Assembly (NCBI GenBank): GCA_963674745.2 | Contig: CAXXDV010000001.1 | Coordinates: 192,001-256,000, forward strand | Direction: 5' to 3' | Source of the DNA: Desulfosudaceae bacterium | GTDB taxonomy: Bacteria > Desulfobacterota > Desulfobacteria > Desulfobacterales > Desulfosudaceae | Length of the DNA stretch: 64,000 bases | Shown here: positions 29,407 to 38,381 of the stretch, piece after piece | Layout of the letters: the number at the start of each line of letters is the position of its first letter | Position numbering within the stretch: the stretch's first letter is position 1 | Program-made: the position numbers and the translations under genes | Notes under the pieces: generated by a model | What the model was told of the DNA's origin: nothing | The model's database searches: none | What the model saw: the letters and a program-made list of their open reading frames with translations, nothing else

Positions 29407-30618
29407 TCAATTTTTACTGATCGACCAATCAGACTGAGGCACAAGCACTCGATCGGCAATGCTTTCAACCCGGCCTCCGCCCTCTATGGAAATATCCACC
29501 CACTCAGAAAAAAAGCGTTCGGTCAGGCCGTCTTCAGGGTGGGCGATAATTTTGATCCGGGAGGAGTAGATCATGGGCCGAAGCCATAAAGGGGGTAGTG
29601 TGATTTTGAGTTCATACCTACCGGGATGCTGCAATTCAGAAAAGCGCTCTGAGTTGATCGAATCAAGCACCAAATTCAAGCCTTCGGGCGTGACAATACC
29701 TAACTGAACAAACAGATTCCAGTAGCGTTTTTGAATATCAAGCTCAAAGCTGAAGATTAATGGTGTTGATGGATCCAGTGAAGAGCCGGATGGTTCCATT
29801 GTATATCTTCTGATGATAACACCCTGGTCTGATCGATTTGATAAATCTTCCTCATCCCGGGCGGTCACCATACGGCCGTATGTCGTGACCACATCGCTGA
29901 TGGACCCCATAGCTGCTATCTTTCCATCATCCAGAAGCAGGCCTTGTTTGCACAGGCGTGATACGGCACCCAGGTTATGACTGACAAAAAGTACAGTCCG
30001 GCCCTCTTTGGCGACATCGCTCATTTTATCAATGCATTTTTTCTGGAAAGAGGCATCACCAACGGCCAGAACTTCGTCAATCATCATTATTTCGGTTCTC
30101 AGGTGCGCGGCCACCGCAAAGGCCAGACGCAGATGCATACCACTGGAGTAGCGCTTAACGGGCGTATCTATAAATTTTTCGACGCCGGAGAAGTCCACGA
30201 TCTCATCAAACCGATCGGAAATCTCTCGCTCTTTCATGCCCAGGATGGTTCCGCTTAAGAATGTGTTTTCCCTGCCTGTCAATTCCTGGTGAAAGCCGGT
30301 ACCGATTTCAAGCAGGCTGCCGACCCGGCCCGCGATATCGGCTTCGCCTTCGGTGGGAGGGGTGATCCGGGAAAGGATTTTTAAAAGAGTGCTTTTACCG
30401 GAACCGTTTCGCCCGATGATGCCCAGGGTGTCACCACCGTGAAGCTCGAAAGAAACATCACGAAGGGCCCAGAACTCCTCGGCGCTGTTGTGTTTGCGAA
30501 GCGCCATGCGCTTGAGGCCGTCGGCTACTGAACCGACAAGGGTGTCGGGCCGGTTGACGGTCGATTGAACGAGAAATTTTTTTCCGATATTTCTAGCCTG
30601 GATAACGGGAGTAGTCAT
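29407..30618 (-). CDS. wzt: Polysaccharide ABC exporter ATPase with C-terminal extension
   Basis: GRNGSGKS, YSSGM, IDEVLAVGD, VSH. Confidence 0.92.
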   Translation of the reverse strand: MTTPVIQARNIGKKFLVQSTVNRPDTLVGSVADGLKRMALRKHNSAEEFWALRDVSFELHGGDTLGIIGRNGSGKSTLLKILSRITPPTEGEADIAGRVGSLLEIGTGFHQELTGRENTFLSGTILGMKEREISDRFDEIVDFSGVEKFIDTPVKRYSSGMHLRLAFAVAAHLRTEIMMIDEVLAVGDASFQKKCIDKMSDVAKEGRTVLFVSHNLGAVSRLCKQGLLLDDGKIAAMGSISDVVTTYGRMVTARDEEDLSNRSDQGVIIRRYTMEPSGSSLDPSTPLIFSFELDIQKRYWNLFVQLGIVTPEGLNLVLDSINSERFSELQHPGRYELKITLPPLWLRPMIYSSRIKIIAHPEDGLTERFFSEWVDISIEGGGRVESIADRVLVPQSDWSISKN

Positions 30619-30632
30619 GGTGACTGTCTAGC

Positions 30633-30930
30633 AGGGTTTTAGGTTTTAGGTGTTAAGTGATTATGTGGTTAAGTGGTTATGTGATTAGCTTCCTAGCCGG
30701 CTATTTTTTTTGGAATACGTTCTAAAAGAATCATGGTTTTGTTATTTAGAAGCGTCCCACCCGGAAATGGTCCGGTACCAAACCGATAAGTAACAATAGC
30801 CGTTTTGTGGCTTAAAGGGTGATTATGTGTTTATGTGGTTAGCATCCCGATTGGTCCTGTTCCTGGATGAGCTCTAAAAGAAAATATGGTTTTGTTACCT
30901 ATAAGTGATTAAGTGTTAGGTTTTAGGCGG
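30633..30930. repeat. Octamer runs plus three modules of the second family
   Basis: Segments homologous to 40868-41100 and 22047-22116. Confidence 0.75.
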
Positions 30931-32079
30931 TTAAAACACCTCTCCCTGCCACAACAGTTGTGAAAACTTTACCGCGGGAATAATTTCTATTCCATCGGTG
31001 GTGATTCTTGGTTTGTCCTCACAGCAGACCACGATTCTTCGTTTGACATCGGAATGGTCCTCTTTCAGGCATCTAAGCCCTTTGAGGTGATTATCCGTTA
31101 TTTTTCTGGAAGCCTTGGCCTCAATGGCTACGTCCATGTTGTTTATTATAAAATCAACTTCCGTCCCACTGGCGAGACGCCAATAATAAAACACGGCTGA
31201 TATTTCATTATACATGTTATACGCGTTAAGCTCATGGAAACACCAGTTCTCAAACCCTTTGCCGAACAATTCTGAACCGATCTCAAGTTTTCCGCGTTTG
31301 GCAAGAAAATTAACGACTCCTACATCTGAAAAATAGAATTTTGCGGATGCCACCACCCGCCTTTTCGGTCGTTTTCGAAAACTGGGCAACCACCGGCCCA
31401 GCAAAGTATCTTCAAGAATCTGAAAATACTCCCTGATCGTCTGGCTGGAAACACCGCAATCGCGGGCAATAGTAGAAAAATTAACCGGTTCGGTATCTGA
31501 AAGTGCCGCCATATTAAGAAAGTCGGAAAAGACGGGCAATTTGCGCACCAGCCCTTCGGCGGCTATCTCTTCCTTCAAGTAATTGGCCACGTAGGCATTG
31601 AGCAATCGCTCCGGTTGTTTTGAGAGATAGATCCGCGGCAAATATCCATGATTCAGTATTCTGGTTAGATCAAAATCAGAACCAAGCTCCGTGGCGCTAA
31701 AGCCAAACAGTTCATAGCGTATCGCCCGGCCGCCTAAAAGGTTGGCGGAACCGCGTTTTACTTTTCTGGCACTTGAGCCGCATAAGGCAAACTGCACGTT
31801 CCGATTTTCGAAAAGCCAATGGACTTCATCTAATAGTTCAGGAAGTTTCTGCACCTCGTCAATAACCACAAAGGGCATTTCCCCCTCCTGGGGCAATTCC
31901 TGCCGGAGAAACTCCGGGTTGTTGAGATAACGACGAAATTCCTCAGCCTTTAATAAGTCAATCCAGACCGCATCCGGGTAGACCGTTTTCAGCAGAGTCG
32001 ATTTACCGGTTTGGCGGGGGCCCCATAAAAAAAACGTTTCTGTGCCCGCCGTTGGTAAATTAAGCTTTCGTTTTATCAT
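30931..32079 (-). CDS. AAA_14 ATPase with DUF4143 PD-(D/E)XK domain
   Basis: GPRQTGKS, IDEVQ, CGSS, KFYFSDVG, EVDFI...IEAK. Confidence 0.85.
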   Translation of the reverse strand: MIKRKLNLPTAGTETFFLWGPRQTGKSTLLKTVYPDAVWIDLLKAEEFRRYLNNPEFLRQELPQEGEMPFVVIDEVQKLPELLDEVHWLFENRNVQFALCGSSARKVKRGSANLLGGRAIRYELFGFSATELGSDFDLTRILNHGYLPRIYLSKQPERLLNAYVANYLKEEIAAEGLVRKLPVFSDFLNMAALSDTEPVNFSTIARDCGVSSQTIREYFQILEDTLLGRWLPSFRKRPKRRVVASAKFYFSDVGVVNFLAKRGKLEIGSELFGKGFENWCFHELNAYNMYNEISAVFYYWRLASGTEVDFIINNMDVAIEAKASRKITDNHLKGLRCLKEDHSDVKRRIVVCCEDKPRITTDGIEIIPAVKFSQLLWQGEVF

Positions 32080-32117
32080 TGGCCGGTATCCGCTCTCTAC
32101 ATGCAAATAAAAGTTTA

Positions 32118-32150
32118 ACTTTAAAATATCATGTAATTTTCAAGTGTCAA
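32118..32150 (-). promoter_or_regulatory. Probable sigma70 promoter
   Basis: Minus strand TTGACA-16 nt-TATTTT with TG just upstream; near-copy at 35481-35513. Confidence 0.45.
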
Positions 32151-32184
32151 TGTAATTTTGTTCGGATAGGGTTTTAAAGAATCA

Positions 32185-32282
32185 GGGTTTTAAGGTTTTA
32201 AGGTTTTAAAGTTTTAGGGTTTTAGGGTTTTAGGGTACAGGTGGCGGTTAAGTGGTTAAGTGGTTAGGTGTTAGGTGGTTAA
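32185..32282. repeat. (RRGTTTTA)6 followed by GTGGTTAR octamers
   Basis: Read directly; overlaps the stop codon of the 32271-33446 gene. Confidence 0.85.
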
Positions 32283-33446
32283 GGGTTTAATTACATCATG
32301 AAGGTTGCGCCAGTTTAACACCCGGGTTCCCTGACGGTTCATGTTTTCTGTGCCGCCGTAAACCAGCGTGGGCAAACGGGCCTGATCTTTTGCCAGTGCC
32401 ATCCAGCGTTCCAGCCCGGAGAAGAAATCACGGTTCACGGTCTGGCCGGATTTGATTTCAACCGGTATGAAAGAACCGCCGTGATCAATAATCAGATCAA
32501 TCTCATTTCCATTGCTGTCCCGCCAGAAATAAAACCCGGCATTGAGCAACCGGTTTAAACGTGCTTTTGTTAACTCCGAAATGATAAAATTCTCAAAGAT
32601 ACTCCCTCGGAGTGGATGCGTGATCAATTGCGGTGTTTCCTGGATACCCAGCAGCCAGCAGAGTAATCCGGTATCATAAAAATAAAGCTTGGGCGTTTTG
32701 ACCAGCCGTTTTCGAAAATTGGCATGATGAGGGCGTAACAGAAACAGTACATAACTGGCCTCCAGAGTTGAAATCCAGGCCTTAGCTGTATTATGGGTAA
32801 TACCGCAATCATTGGCCAGAGAGGAGAGGTTCAGCAGCTGCCCGCTGCGGCCGGCGCAAAGGCGCAAAAAACGTTGAAAAGAATCCAGATCCTGGACATT
32901 AAGCAATTGCCGTACATCACGTTCAACATATGCCGTAACATAAGCCGGGAACCAGAGGCCGGGGGTTAACCGGCGATCATACAACGGGGGATAGCCCCCC
33001 ATAAACATCATGGTATCTAAATCCGCAGGCGTTATTCCGCCACCTTCTAGCTCGGTAACCGAAAAAGGCAACAACTCAATAAAAGCGGTTCGGCCGGCCA
33101 ATGATTGTGTGATGCCGGACATTAAGCCAAAATGCTGTGACCCGGTCAGCAAAAAAAGCCCCATACGACCGACCGCATCCACGTGTGATTGCAGATAAGA
33201 TAAAATCTCCGGCGCCCTTTGCACTTCATCCAGAACGGCCCCATCCGGCACCCGACTCAAAAACCCCCGGGGATCATCATGAGCCAATTGTCTTGTGTCG
33301 GGGTCTTCAAAGGAGAAGTAAGGCTTTTTCAGAAAAACCGCTTTAGCTAACGTGGTTTTTCCGGATTGACGCGGACCTGTGATGGTCACAATTGGAAAAC
33401 CTTTTAATTGTTCCTGAAGGATTTCTTGTGTTTCACGAGGTATCAT
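32271..33446 (-). CDS. AAA_14 ATPase with DUF4143 domain, second paralog
   Basis: GPRQSGKT, LDEVQ, TGS, KLYFYDTG, EIDLI...VEIK. Confidence 0.85.
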   Translation of the reverse strand: MIPRETQEILQEQLKGFPIVTITGPRQSGKTTLAKAVFLKKPYFSFEDPDTRQLAHDDPRGFLSRVPDGAVLDEVQRAPEILSYLQSHVDAVGRMGLFLLTGSQHFGLMSGITQSLAGRTAFIELLPFSVTELEGGGITPADLDTMMFMGGYPPLYDRRLTPGLWFPAYVTAYVERDVRQLLNVQDLDSFQRFLRLCAGRSGQLLNLSSLANDCGITHNTAKAWISTLEASYVLFLLRPHHANFRKRLVKTPKLYFYDTGLLCWLLGIQETPQLITHPLRGSIFENFIISELTKARLNRLLNAGFYFWRDSNGNEIDLIIDHGGSFIPVEIKSGQTVNRDFFSGLERWMALAKDQARLPTLVYGGTENMNRQGTRVLNWRNLHDVIKPLTT

Positions 33447-33645
33447 GCTTGGAAACAAACATATTTTATGCAAATTGTCAATTGCTTTTACAATTTACAT
33501 AGGCTGATTTGCGAAGGTTTAGTTTTTAAGTGATTAAGTGATTATGTGGTTATGTGGTTAGGTGGTTAGGTGATTATGTGAATCGGATTAGTGGTTTCTA
33601 TCATTTTTAATCGCTTTTCATGTTCAGTCGGAATCTGCGCCGGTC

Positions 33646-34140
33646 GATCTGGATTCCGGGTCACGTTCCGCTTCGCTACACTGCCCGGAATGACGAAGAA
33701 AGAGCGTTCCGTTGCTCCACTGGCCGGAATGACGAAGAAAGAGCGTTCCGGGGCTCCACTGGCCGGAATGACGGGGTATCGAAAATTTAGCATTAACAAT
33801 GTGCAGTCATAATTGGTTGTACGGCGGATCTGGATTCCGGGTCACGTTCCGCTTCGCTACACTGCCCGGAATGACGAAGAAAGAGCGTTCCGTTGCTCCA
33901 CTGGCCGGAATGACGAAGAAAGAGCGTTCCGGGGCAAGTCCACTGGACCCCGGATCGGAGAGACTGTGTCGCAATTCAAAACAAGCCGGAAAAAGAGTGT
34001 TTTCCGGAATGGTTTTACCATTAAAATTCAAAGAAAGTTCGTTATACGACAAATTAGGAAGTCGCTTTTTTTGAATAAACAATTGTGACACAGTCTCCGG
34101 AGTCCGGGGTGACGAAGTTAAAATGCCCGGGGTGACAAAG
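33646..34140. repeat. CGTC-type REP cluster with a duplicated block (copies at 33646 and 33827) and internal CCGGAATGACGAAGAAAGAGCGTTCCG repeats
   Basis: Direct comparison of the copies. Confidence 0.85.
33960..34097. mobile_element. 138-bp MITE
   Basis: 17-bp TIR GAGACTGTGTC(G/A)CAATT with one mismatch; 4-bp duplication CGGA at 33956-33959 and 34098-34101. Confidence 0.85.
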
Positions 34141-34160
34141 TAAATGCATCCGGGACGAGG

Positions 34161-35255
34161 TCAACTTGCTTCTTTGATAGCGTCGGCAACCTGTTGCTGA
34201 TCTTCTTCCGTTAAATAGGGTGACATGGGCAGGCTCAGGCATTGGGCGGATATCTGCTCGGTTACGGGAAAATCACCGGGTTTGTGGCCCAGATCGGCAA
34301 AGGCGCCCTGGAGATGCAGGGGCGCTGTGTAGTATGCCACCGAAGGGATATCTTTTGACTTCAGTAATGCGGACAGGGCATCGCGGTTTTCAGAAAGAAG
34401 GGTGTACTGGGCATAGACCGATGTGTTGCCCGGGGCGATCACCGGAGGCTGTATGCCGGGTATATCGGCCAGCAACTCGTTGTAGCGCTGGCCAACTTGC
34501 GCGCGAAGATCGCATTCTTCAGGGAACAGGGAAAACTTTTCCAGCAGGATGGCGGCCTGGATGGTGTCAAAGCGGCCGTTGATACCCACCAGGGGGTGCT
34601 GGTGTTTGACTTTCTGGCCGTGGTTGCGAATCTGGCGCAGTTTCTCGGCTATTTTATCGTCCGGGGTAAAGACAGCCCCGCCGTCGCCGTAACAGCCCAG
34701 GGGTTTAGACGGAAAGAACGAGGTGCATCCGATCAGGGACTGGTTGCAGGATTTGACGCCCTTGTGGCTGGCGCCAAAGCTCTGGGCCGCGTCTTCGATC
34801 ACCGGGATATTGTGTTTGTCGGCAATGGCGTTGATCCGGGTCATATCCGCGCACTGGCCGTAAATACCCACCGGCATAATGGCTTTGGTTTGAGGGGTGA
34901 TGGCGGCTTCGAGCAGGTCCGGGTTCATGTTGAAGGTATCGGGTTCGACGTCAACAAACACGGGTTTGGCGCCCAGCAGGGCGATAACCTCGGCGGTTGA
35001 TATCCAGGTATAGGAAACGGTAATCACCTCGTCTCCGGGGCCGACGTCCAGGGCCATCAGGGCCATGAGCAGGGCATCGGTGCCGCTGGCGCAGGTGATA
35101 CAGTGGTTGACGTTGACGTAGGATGCCAGTTGAGATTCAATTTCTGTTATTTCCGGGCCCATGATGTACTGGCCGTGGTCAAGGACTTTATTGATACGGG
35201 TTTCAATGCGGTCGCGGATGCGGGCTTGTTGTGATTTTAAGTCGATGAAGTCCAT
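34161..35255 (-). CDS. DegT-family aminotransferase, WbpE-like
   Basis: MDFIDLKSQQ, EDAAQSFGA, SFFPSKPLGCYGDGG. Confidence 0.88.
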   Translation of the reverse strand: MDFIDLKSQQARIRDRIETRINKVLDHGQYIMGPEITEIESQLASYVNVNHCITCASGTDALLMALMALDVGPGDEVITVSYTWISTAEVIALLGAKPVFVDVEPDTFNMNPDLLEAAITPQTKAIMPVGIYGQCADMTRINAIADKHNIPVIEDAAQSFGASHKGVKSCNQSLIGCTSFFPSKPLGCYGDGGAVFTPDDKIAEKLRQIRNHGQKVKHQHPLVGINGRFDTIQAAILLEKFSLFPEECDLRAQVGQRYNELLADIPGIQPPVIAPGNTSVYAQYTLLSENRDALSALLKSKDIPSVAYYTAPLHLQGAFADLGHKPGDFPVTEQISAQCLSLPMSPYLTEEDQQQVADAIKEAS

Positions 35256-35264
35256 GGGAATCCT

Positions 35265-35416
35265 GTGGTTAAGTGGTTATGTGATTATGTGATTATGTGG
35301 TTAAGTGATTAAGTGGTTAAGTGGTTAAGTGGTTAAGTGGTTAAGTGTTTAAGTGATTATGTGATTAAGTGTTTAAGTGTTTAAGTGGTTATGTGGTTAT
35401 GTGATTATGTGGTTAA
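35265..35416. repeat. (GTGDTTAD)19 tandem octamer tract
   Basis: 19 in-phase 8-mers varying only at positions 4 and 8. Confidence 0.95.
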
Positions 35417-35535
35417 GATTGACCGTGGGTGTTGTTCTTGTGCACGGTATAGGTTCGGGGTTCAGGGTTCGAGGATCGGAACTTTAAATTTTCATGTAAT
35501 TTTCAAGTGGCAACTTGTTTTTTTGGGGTCTGCTT

Positions 35536-35853
35536 TTAAGATATATCTTCGCCGTGTTTTATGATTTCATCAACGAGTATACCACCGCCATTAAAGGTTC
35601 GAGGATCAAATGGTATCGGTTCTATGCTGTTATTAATTGTTCTGCGAAGTGGAACGATTTTTCGTCTATCTTGAAAGCGGTCACCACTAAAAACGTTGGA
35701 TACCAAAGCGACATCCACGTCACTTTCTTCGCTGCCGGTTCCTCTGGCCCAGGAGCCGAAAAGCATCGCCCGTTGGATAGGGAACCCATTTTCTTTTAAC
35801 ACGGCGATATATCTTTTAAGGTCTTTTATAATAGCTTCTTTTGAAGTAGCCAT
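35536..35853 (-). CDS. Minimal nucleotidyltransferase (MNT) antitoxin
   Basis: LFGSWARG...SDVDV. Confidence 0.85.
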   Translation of the reverse strand: MATSKEAIIKDLKRYIAVLKENGFPIQRAMLFGSWARGTGSEESDVDVALVSNVFSGDRFQDRRKIVPLRRTINNSIEPIPFDPRTFNGGGILVDEIIKHGEDIS

Positions 35854-36218
35854 TGCCTTACCTCCTCAATCTGGTTTAAATAATTGAGGCTAAATTCTCT
35901 AGTACATTTTTTATAAAAAGAAAATTTTTCGTCTGGATACCTTGCCTCAAGATTAAAATCCGTTACTATCTCCAACAGCTCTAGCTGTTCTTCAGACAGT
36001 TCAATTTCGGCCTTCTCTGCCAAAAAAACCAGACGATGGGTCATCGGCGGTGTCTCCTCTTTTATCATTACGAACGCCGCCTTCAAAAGCTTTTCCAAAG
36101 TCAGATGCCCGAAAAACAGTGCATAGGCATAGTCCCCTTTTTCAAAAAGATGGCCTGCGGCCCGCCAATCATTTTCAGCGGAAACAATCCAATAATTAAT
36201 TTTATCTTTTTTAGTCAT
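35826..36218 (-). CDS. HEPN domain protein
   Basis: HLTLEKLLKA, THRL, EARYP; overlaps the MNT gene. Confidence 0.85.
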   Translation of the reverse strand: MTKKDKINYWIVSAENDWRAAGHLFEKGDYAYALFFGHLTLEKLLKAAFVMIKEETPPMTHRLVFLAEKAEIELSEEQLELLEIVTDFNLEARYPDEKFSFYKKCTREFSLNYLNQIEEVRQWLLQKKLL

Positions 36219-36237
36219 AAAAGGCTATTAACGGTTT

Positions 36238-36272
36238 TTGACAAATGTAAAATTGAATTTTAGTTTCGTCAA
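36238..36272 (-). promoter_or_regulatory. Sigma70-like promoter embedded in a 35-bp imperfect palindrome
   Basis: Minus strand TTGACG-17 nt-TACATT; plus strand TTGACAAATGTAAAATT-G-AATTTTAGTTTCGTCAA. Confidence 0.55.
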
Positions 36273-36353
36273 GTCTAAGCGTCCTTCTTTCAGGTCCGTT
36301 CAAATTTTGTTTCAGGATTTTAGGACCTGCTTTGCAGGGGTTTTAGGTTTTAT

Positions 36354-36487
36354 GTGATTATGTGGTTAGGTGGTTAAGTGATTATGTGGTTATGTGATTA
36401 AGAAGGAACCGTTAATGGTTCCAATAAAGTGCAGTCGTGTTTTCAGGTCCAGCAAATCTGGACCCCGGATCGGCGTCCGGGGTGACG
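36354..36487. repeat. Six octamers and a CGTC-type REP (36459-36487)
   Basis: Read directly. Confidence 0.8.
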
Positions 36488-36512
36488 AGGAAGGTGTCCG
36501 ATTTAGGCTCAT

Positions 36513-37187
36513 TCAGGGTTTTAAAGAATTTGATCGCCCGAGTAAAATATCCTTACCAATTGTTTTGATTGTTTCATCCAGCTGCCGGTAATCCACCGGC
36601 GTAATCCACTTGACAGCCCGCATCAAGTCGGCGGGGAATTCGTTGAACAACTTTGATACAGCGATCGGTTCCACCCATAAATCCTTTTCGCGGGCCTCTT
36701 GAATTATTTCTTCCCAATCAAATGCATACGTTTGTGCTATAAATGCGATATCGGCAAAATCTTTTGCTTCCCGGCGACTCAGGGCGCAAACTTTGTTGGA
36801 TAATATATTGCGCCAGCCATCAACCCGGATGAAGATATCACTTTTCTTAAGCCCGCCGAAATGGGCTTCAACATCATTGACAAAGTCAATCTTCAGGCGT
36901 AAATCGTCTTTTTGTAAAAATATCCGGATAAAATCATCAGCCCTTGCGCCGACATCAAAACCAAATCCACTTGCTTTAAGGATTGACAGTATTTGATTCA
37001 CCTGGGTTTGAAAGTCTTTGGCCCTGTTGACAAAAAAATCCATACCATCTGAATATCGATGTTCAAGGTAGACGCGGCTTAAGGCGGTTCCGCCCGTTAA
37101 GTAAAAACCGGTTTGGGTGGCGCCGACCAAACTCAGGATCCTATCCTGGAGCGGATAGAGCTTATTGGCATAAAACGGATCGGACAT
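36513..37187 (-). CDS. AbiEii-like nucleotidyltransferase (type IV TA toxin family)
   Basis: YLTGGTAL, HRYS..DFF, NK..AL..R...KDFAD. Confidence 0.8.
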   Translation of the reverse strand: MSDPFYANKLYPLQDRILSLVGATQTGFYLTGGTALSRVYLEHRYSDGMDFFVNRAKDFQTQVNQILSILKASGFGFDVGARADDFIRIFLQKDDLRLKIDFVNDVEAHFGGLKKSDIFIRVDGWRNILSNKVCALSRREAKDFADIAFIAQTYAFDWEEIIQEAREKDLWVEPIAVSKLFNEFPADLMRAVKWITPVDYRQLDETIKTIGKDILLGRSNSLKP

Positions 37188-37461
37188 ACTGATATTTTTT
37201 CTGTAATGTTTTAGGAAAAACCCGCTGGATGACGTTGTCCGAAAGCAGAAACCTTAGTTTCTCAGGAGGCATAATGCTTAAAATCGTATACCAGTCCAGC
37301 GTCGTGAGCATTCGTTGATACAGATTTACTTCGTCATCAGAGGATTTTTCGTGTTCGGGCTTCATATGAAGAATGTCATACGCAGTCTCGGCGGAGATCT
37401 GTGAATCCCAATACAGATTTGACAATATTTCTATCTGCTGTTTTTTGGTCAGTTTTTTCAT
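37162..37461 (-). CDS. Small hypothetical protein, probable partner of the AbiEii-like gene
   Basis: 99 aa, LYWD motif, overlaps the downstream gene. Confidence 0.65.
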   Translation of the reverse strand: MKKLTKKQQIEILSNLYWDSQISAETAYDILHMKPEHEKSSDDEVNLYQRMLTTLDWYTILSIMPPEKLRFLLSDNVIQRVFPKTLQKKYQYVRSVLCQ

Positions 37462-37533
37462 TAAAAAAGTTTTAAACCTGCTTCGCAGGGGTTTTATGTG
37501 ATTATGTGGTTAGGTGATTAGGTGATTATGTGG

Positions 37534-37746
37534 TTAAGTGGTAATAAAGAAATCTTCTTTGTTTAAACCGGACTGTCTTACTATGGAAGAAAACGTTCCC
37601 CGTGGTATCTCTTTTTTGGGATCAGGAACAATAACTGTGCGATTGCCCTTTTTAAACTTTTTGTGACTGCCTTTCTGAGAGATAAGGACAAATCCATTTT
37701 TCTGCAACACCTGTATAATATCCCGGGAAGATAACAGGTTAGACAT
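37534..37746 (-). CDS. hicA: HicA-family toxin
   Basis: LQKNGF...QKGSH...VIVP...GTFSSIVRQSGL; start at ATG 37746. Confidence 0.85.
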   Translation of the reverse strand: MSNLLSSRDIIQVLQKNGFVLISQKGSHKKFKKGNRTVIVPDPKKEIPRGTFSSIVRQSGLNKEDFFITT

Positions 37747-37951
37747 GGATAACATCTTCCCCCAGCAATGTTTCTCCAATCACCTGATAGGTCCCGGCAT
37801 CGCTCTCGTCCTCAAAATATAACTCAACCGCTTCTTTCAAGGCCGCAATTGCCTCGTCAATTGTTTCTCCAAAACTGGAGACATCTACATTCAAACACTG
37901 CGAGACATAATACTTTCCCTCTTTGTATACAACATACTTAATGTTTTTCAT
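37739..37951 (-). CDS. hicB: Short HicB-family antitoxin
   Basis: SSFGETIDEAIAALKEAVELYFE. Confidence 0.85.
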   Translation of the reverse strand: MKNIKYVVYKEGKYYVSQCLNVDVSSFGETIDEAIAALKEAVELYFEDESDAGTYQVIGETLLGEDVIHV

Positions 37952-38041
37952 TGTCGCTTTCTCCCGGTATAAAAGATTATTCCCTGTTTTGACGATAAAA
38001 ACATATTGACTTTTTTATTGTTTCAAATGGTTTGGGATCTT

Positions 38042-38095
38042 TCAAATAGCGGCTATCATGTCTCTGATTCTCAAGTCCCATTTTCTAAGCGGCAA
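38042..38095 (-). pseudogene. N-terminal remnant of a HepT/DUF86 toxin
   Basis: TTG overlapping the MNT 3' end reads MPLRKWDLRIRDMIAAI* and resembles DUF86 N-termini; the rest is absent. Confidence 0.5.
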
Positions 38096-38381
38096 GGACA
38101 GCCTCCTTCAGAATAGCATCTCTGAGTTCTTTATGGAGGAAATCACGGGTTGCCAAATCCACCCGGCAATGTAAAAGCTGCGTCAGCTCTCTTTGCAGTC
38201 TTGCAAATTGGAATAACGTCACCCGGGCGTCAGGCTCAAATTCTACCAGAATATCCACATCACTGTTTTCCCGTTCTTCCCCGCGGACGACCGAACCAAA
38301 CAGGTAAAAATGTTTAACCGCAAACCGCTGCTTAATATCCTGTCTGTTGATCAGTATTTTCGAAACCTGTTCTCGTTTCAT
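38085..38381 (-). CDS. Minimal nucleotidyltransferase (MntA-like), orphan
   Basis: LFGSVVRGEERENSDVDILVEF, VDL. Confidence 0.85.
   Translation of the reverse strand: MKREQVSKILINRQDIKQRFAVKHFYLFGSVVRGEERENSDVDILVEFEPDARVTLFQFARLQRELTQLLHCRVDLATRDFLHKELRDAILKEAVLAA

Noticed and set aside
32185..32235. Eukaryotic telomere contamination (TTTTAGGG units)
   Set aside because: Only a few degenerate units, embedded in continuous bacterial sequence; treated as part of the octamer family
33566..34242. Short ORFs 33566-33799, 33591-33812, 33799-34074, 33807-34091, 33813-34088, 34054-34242
   Set aside because: They are translations of REP and MITE DNA (VIPAS/GMT repeats)
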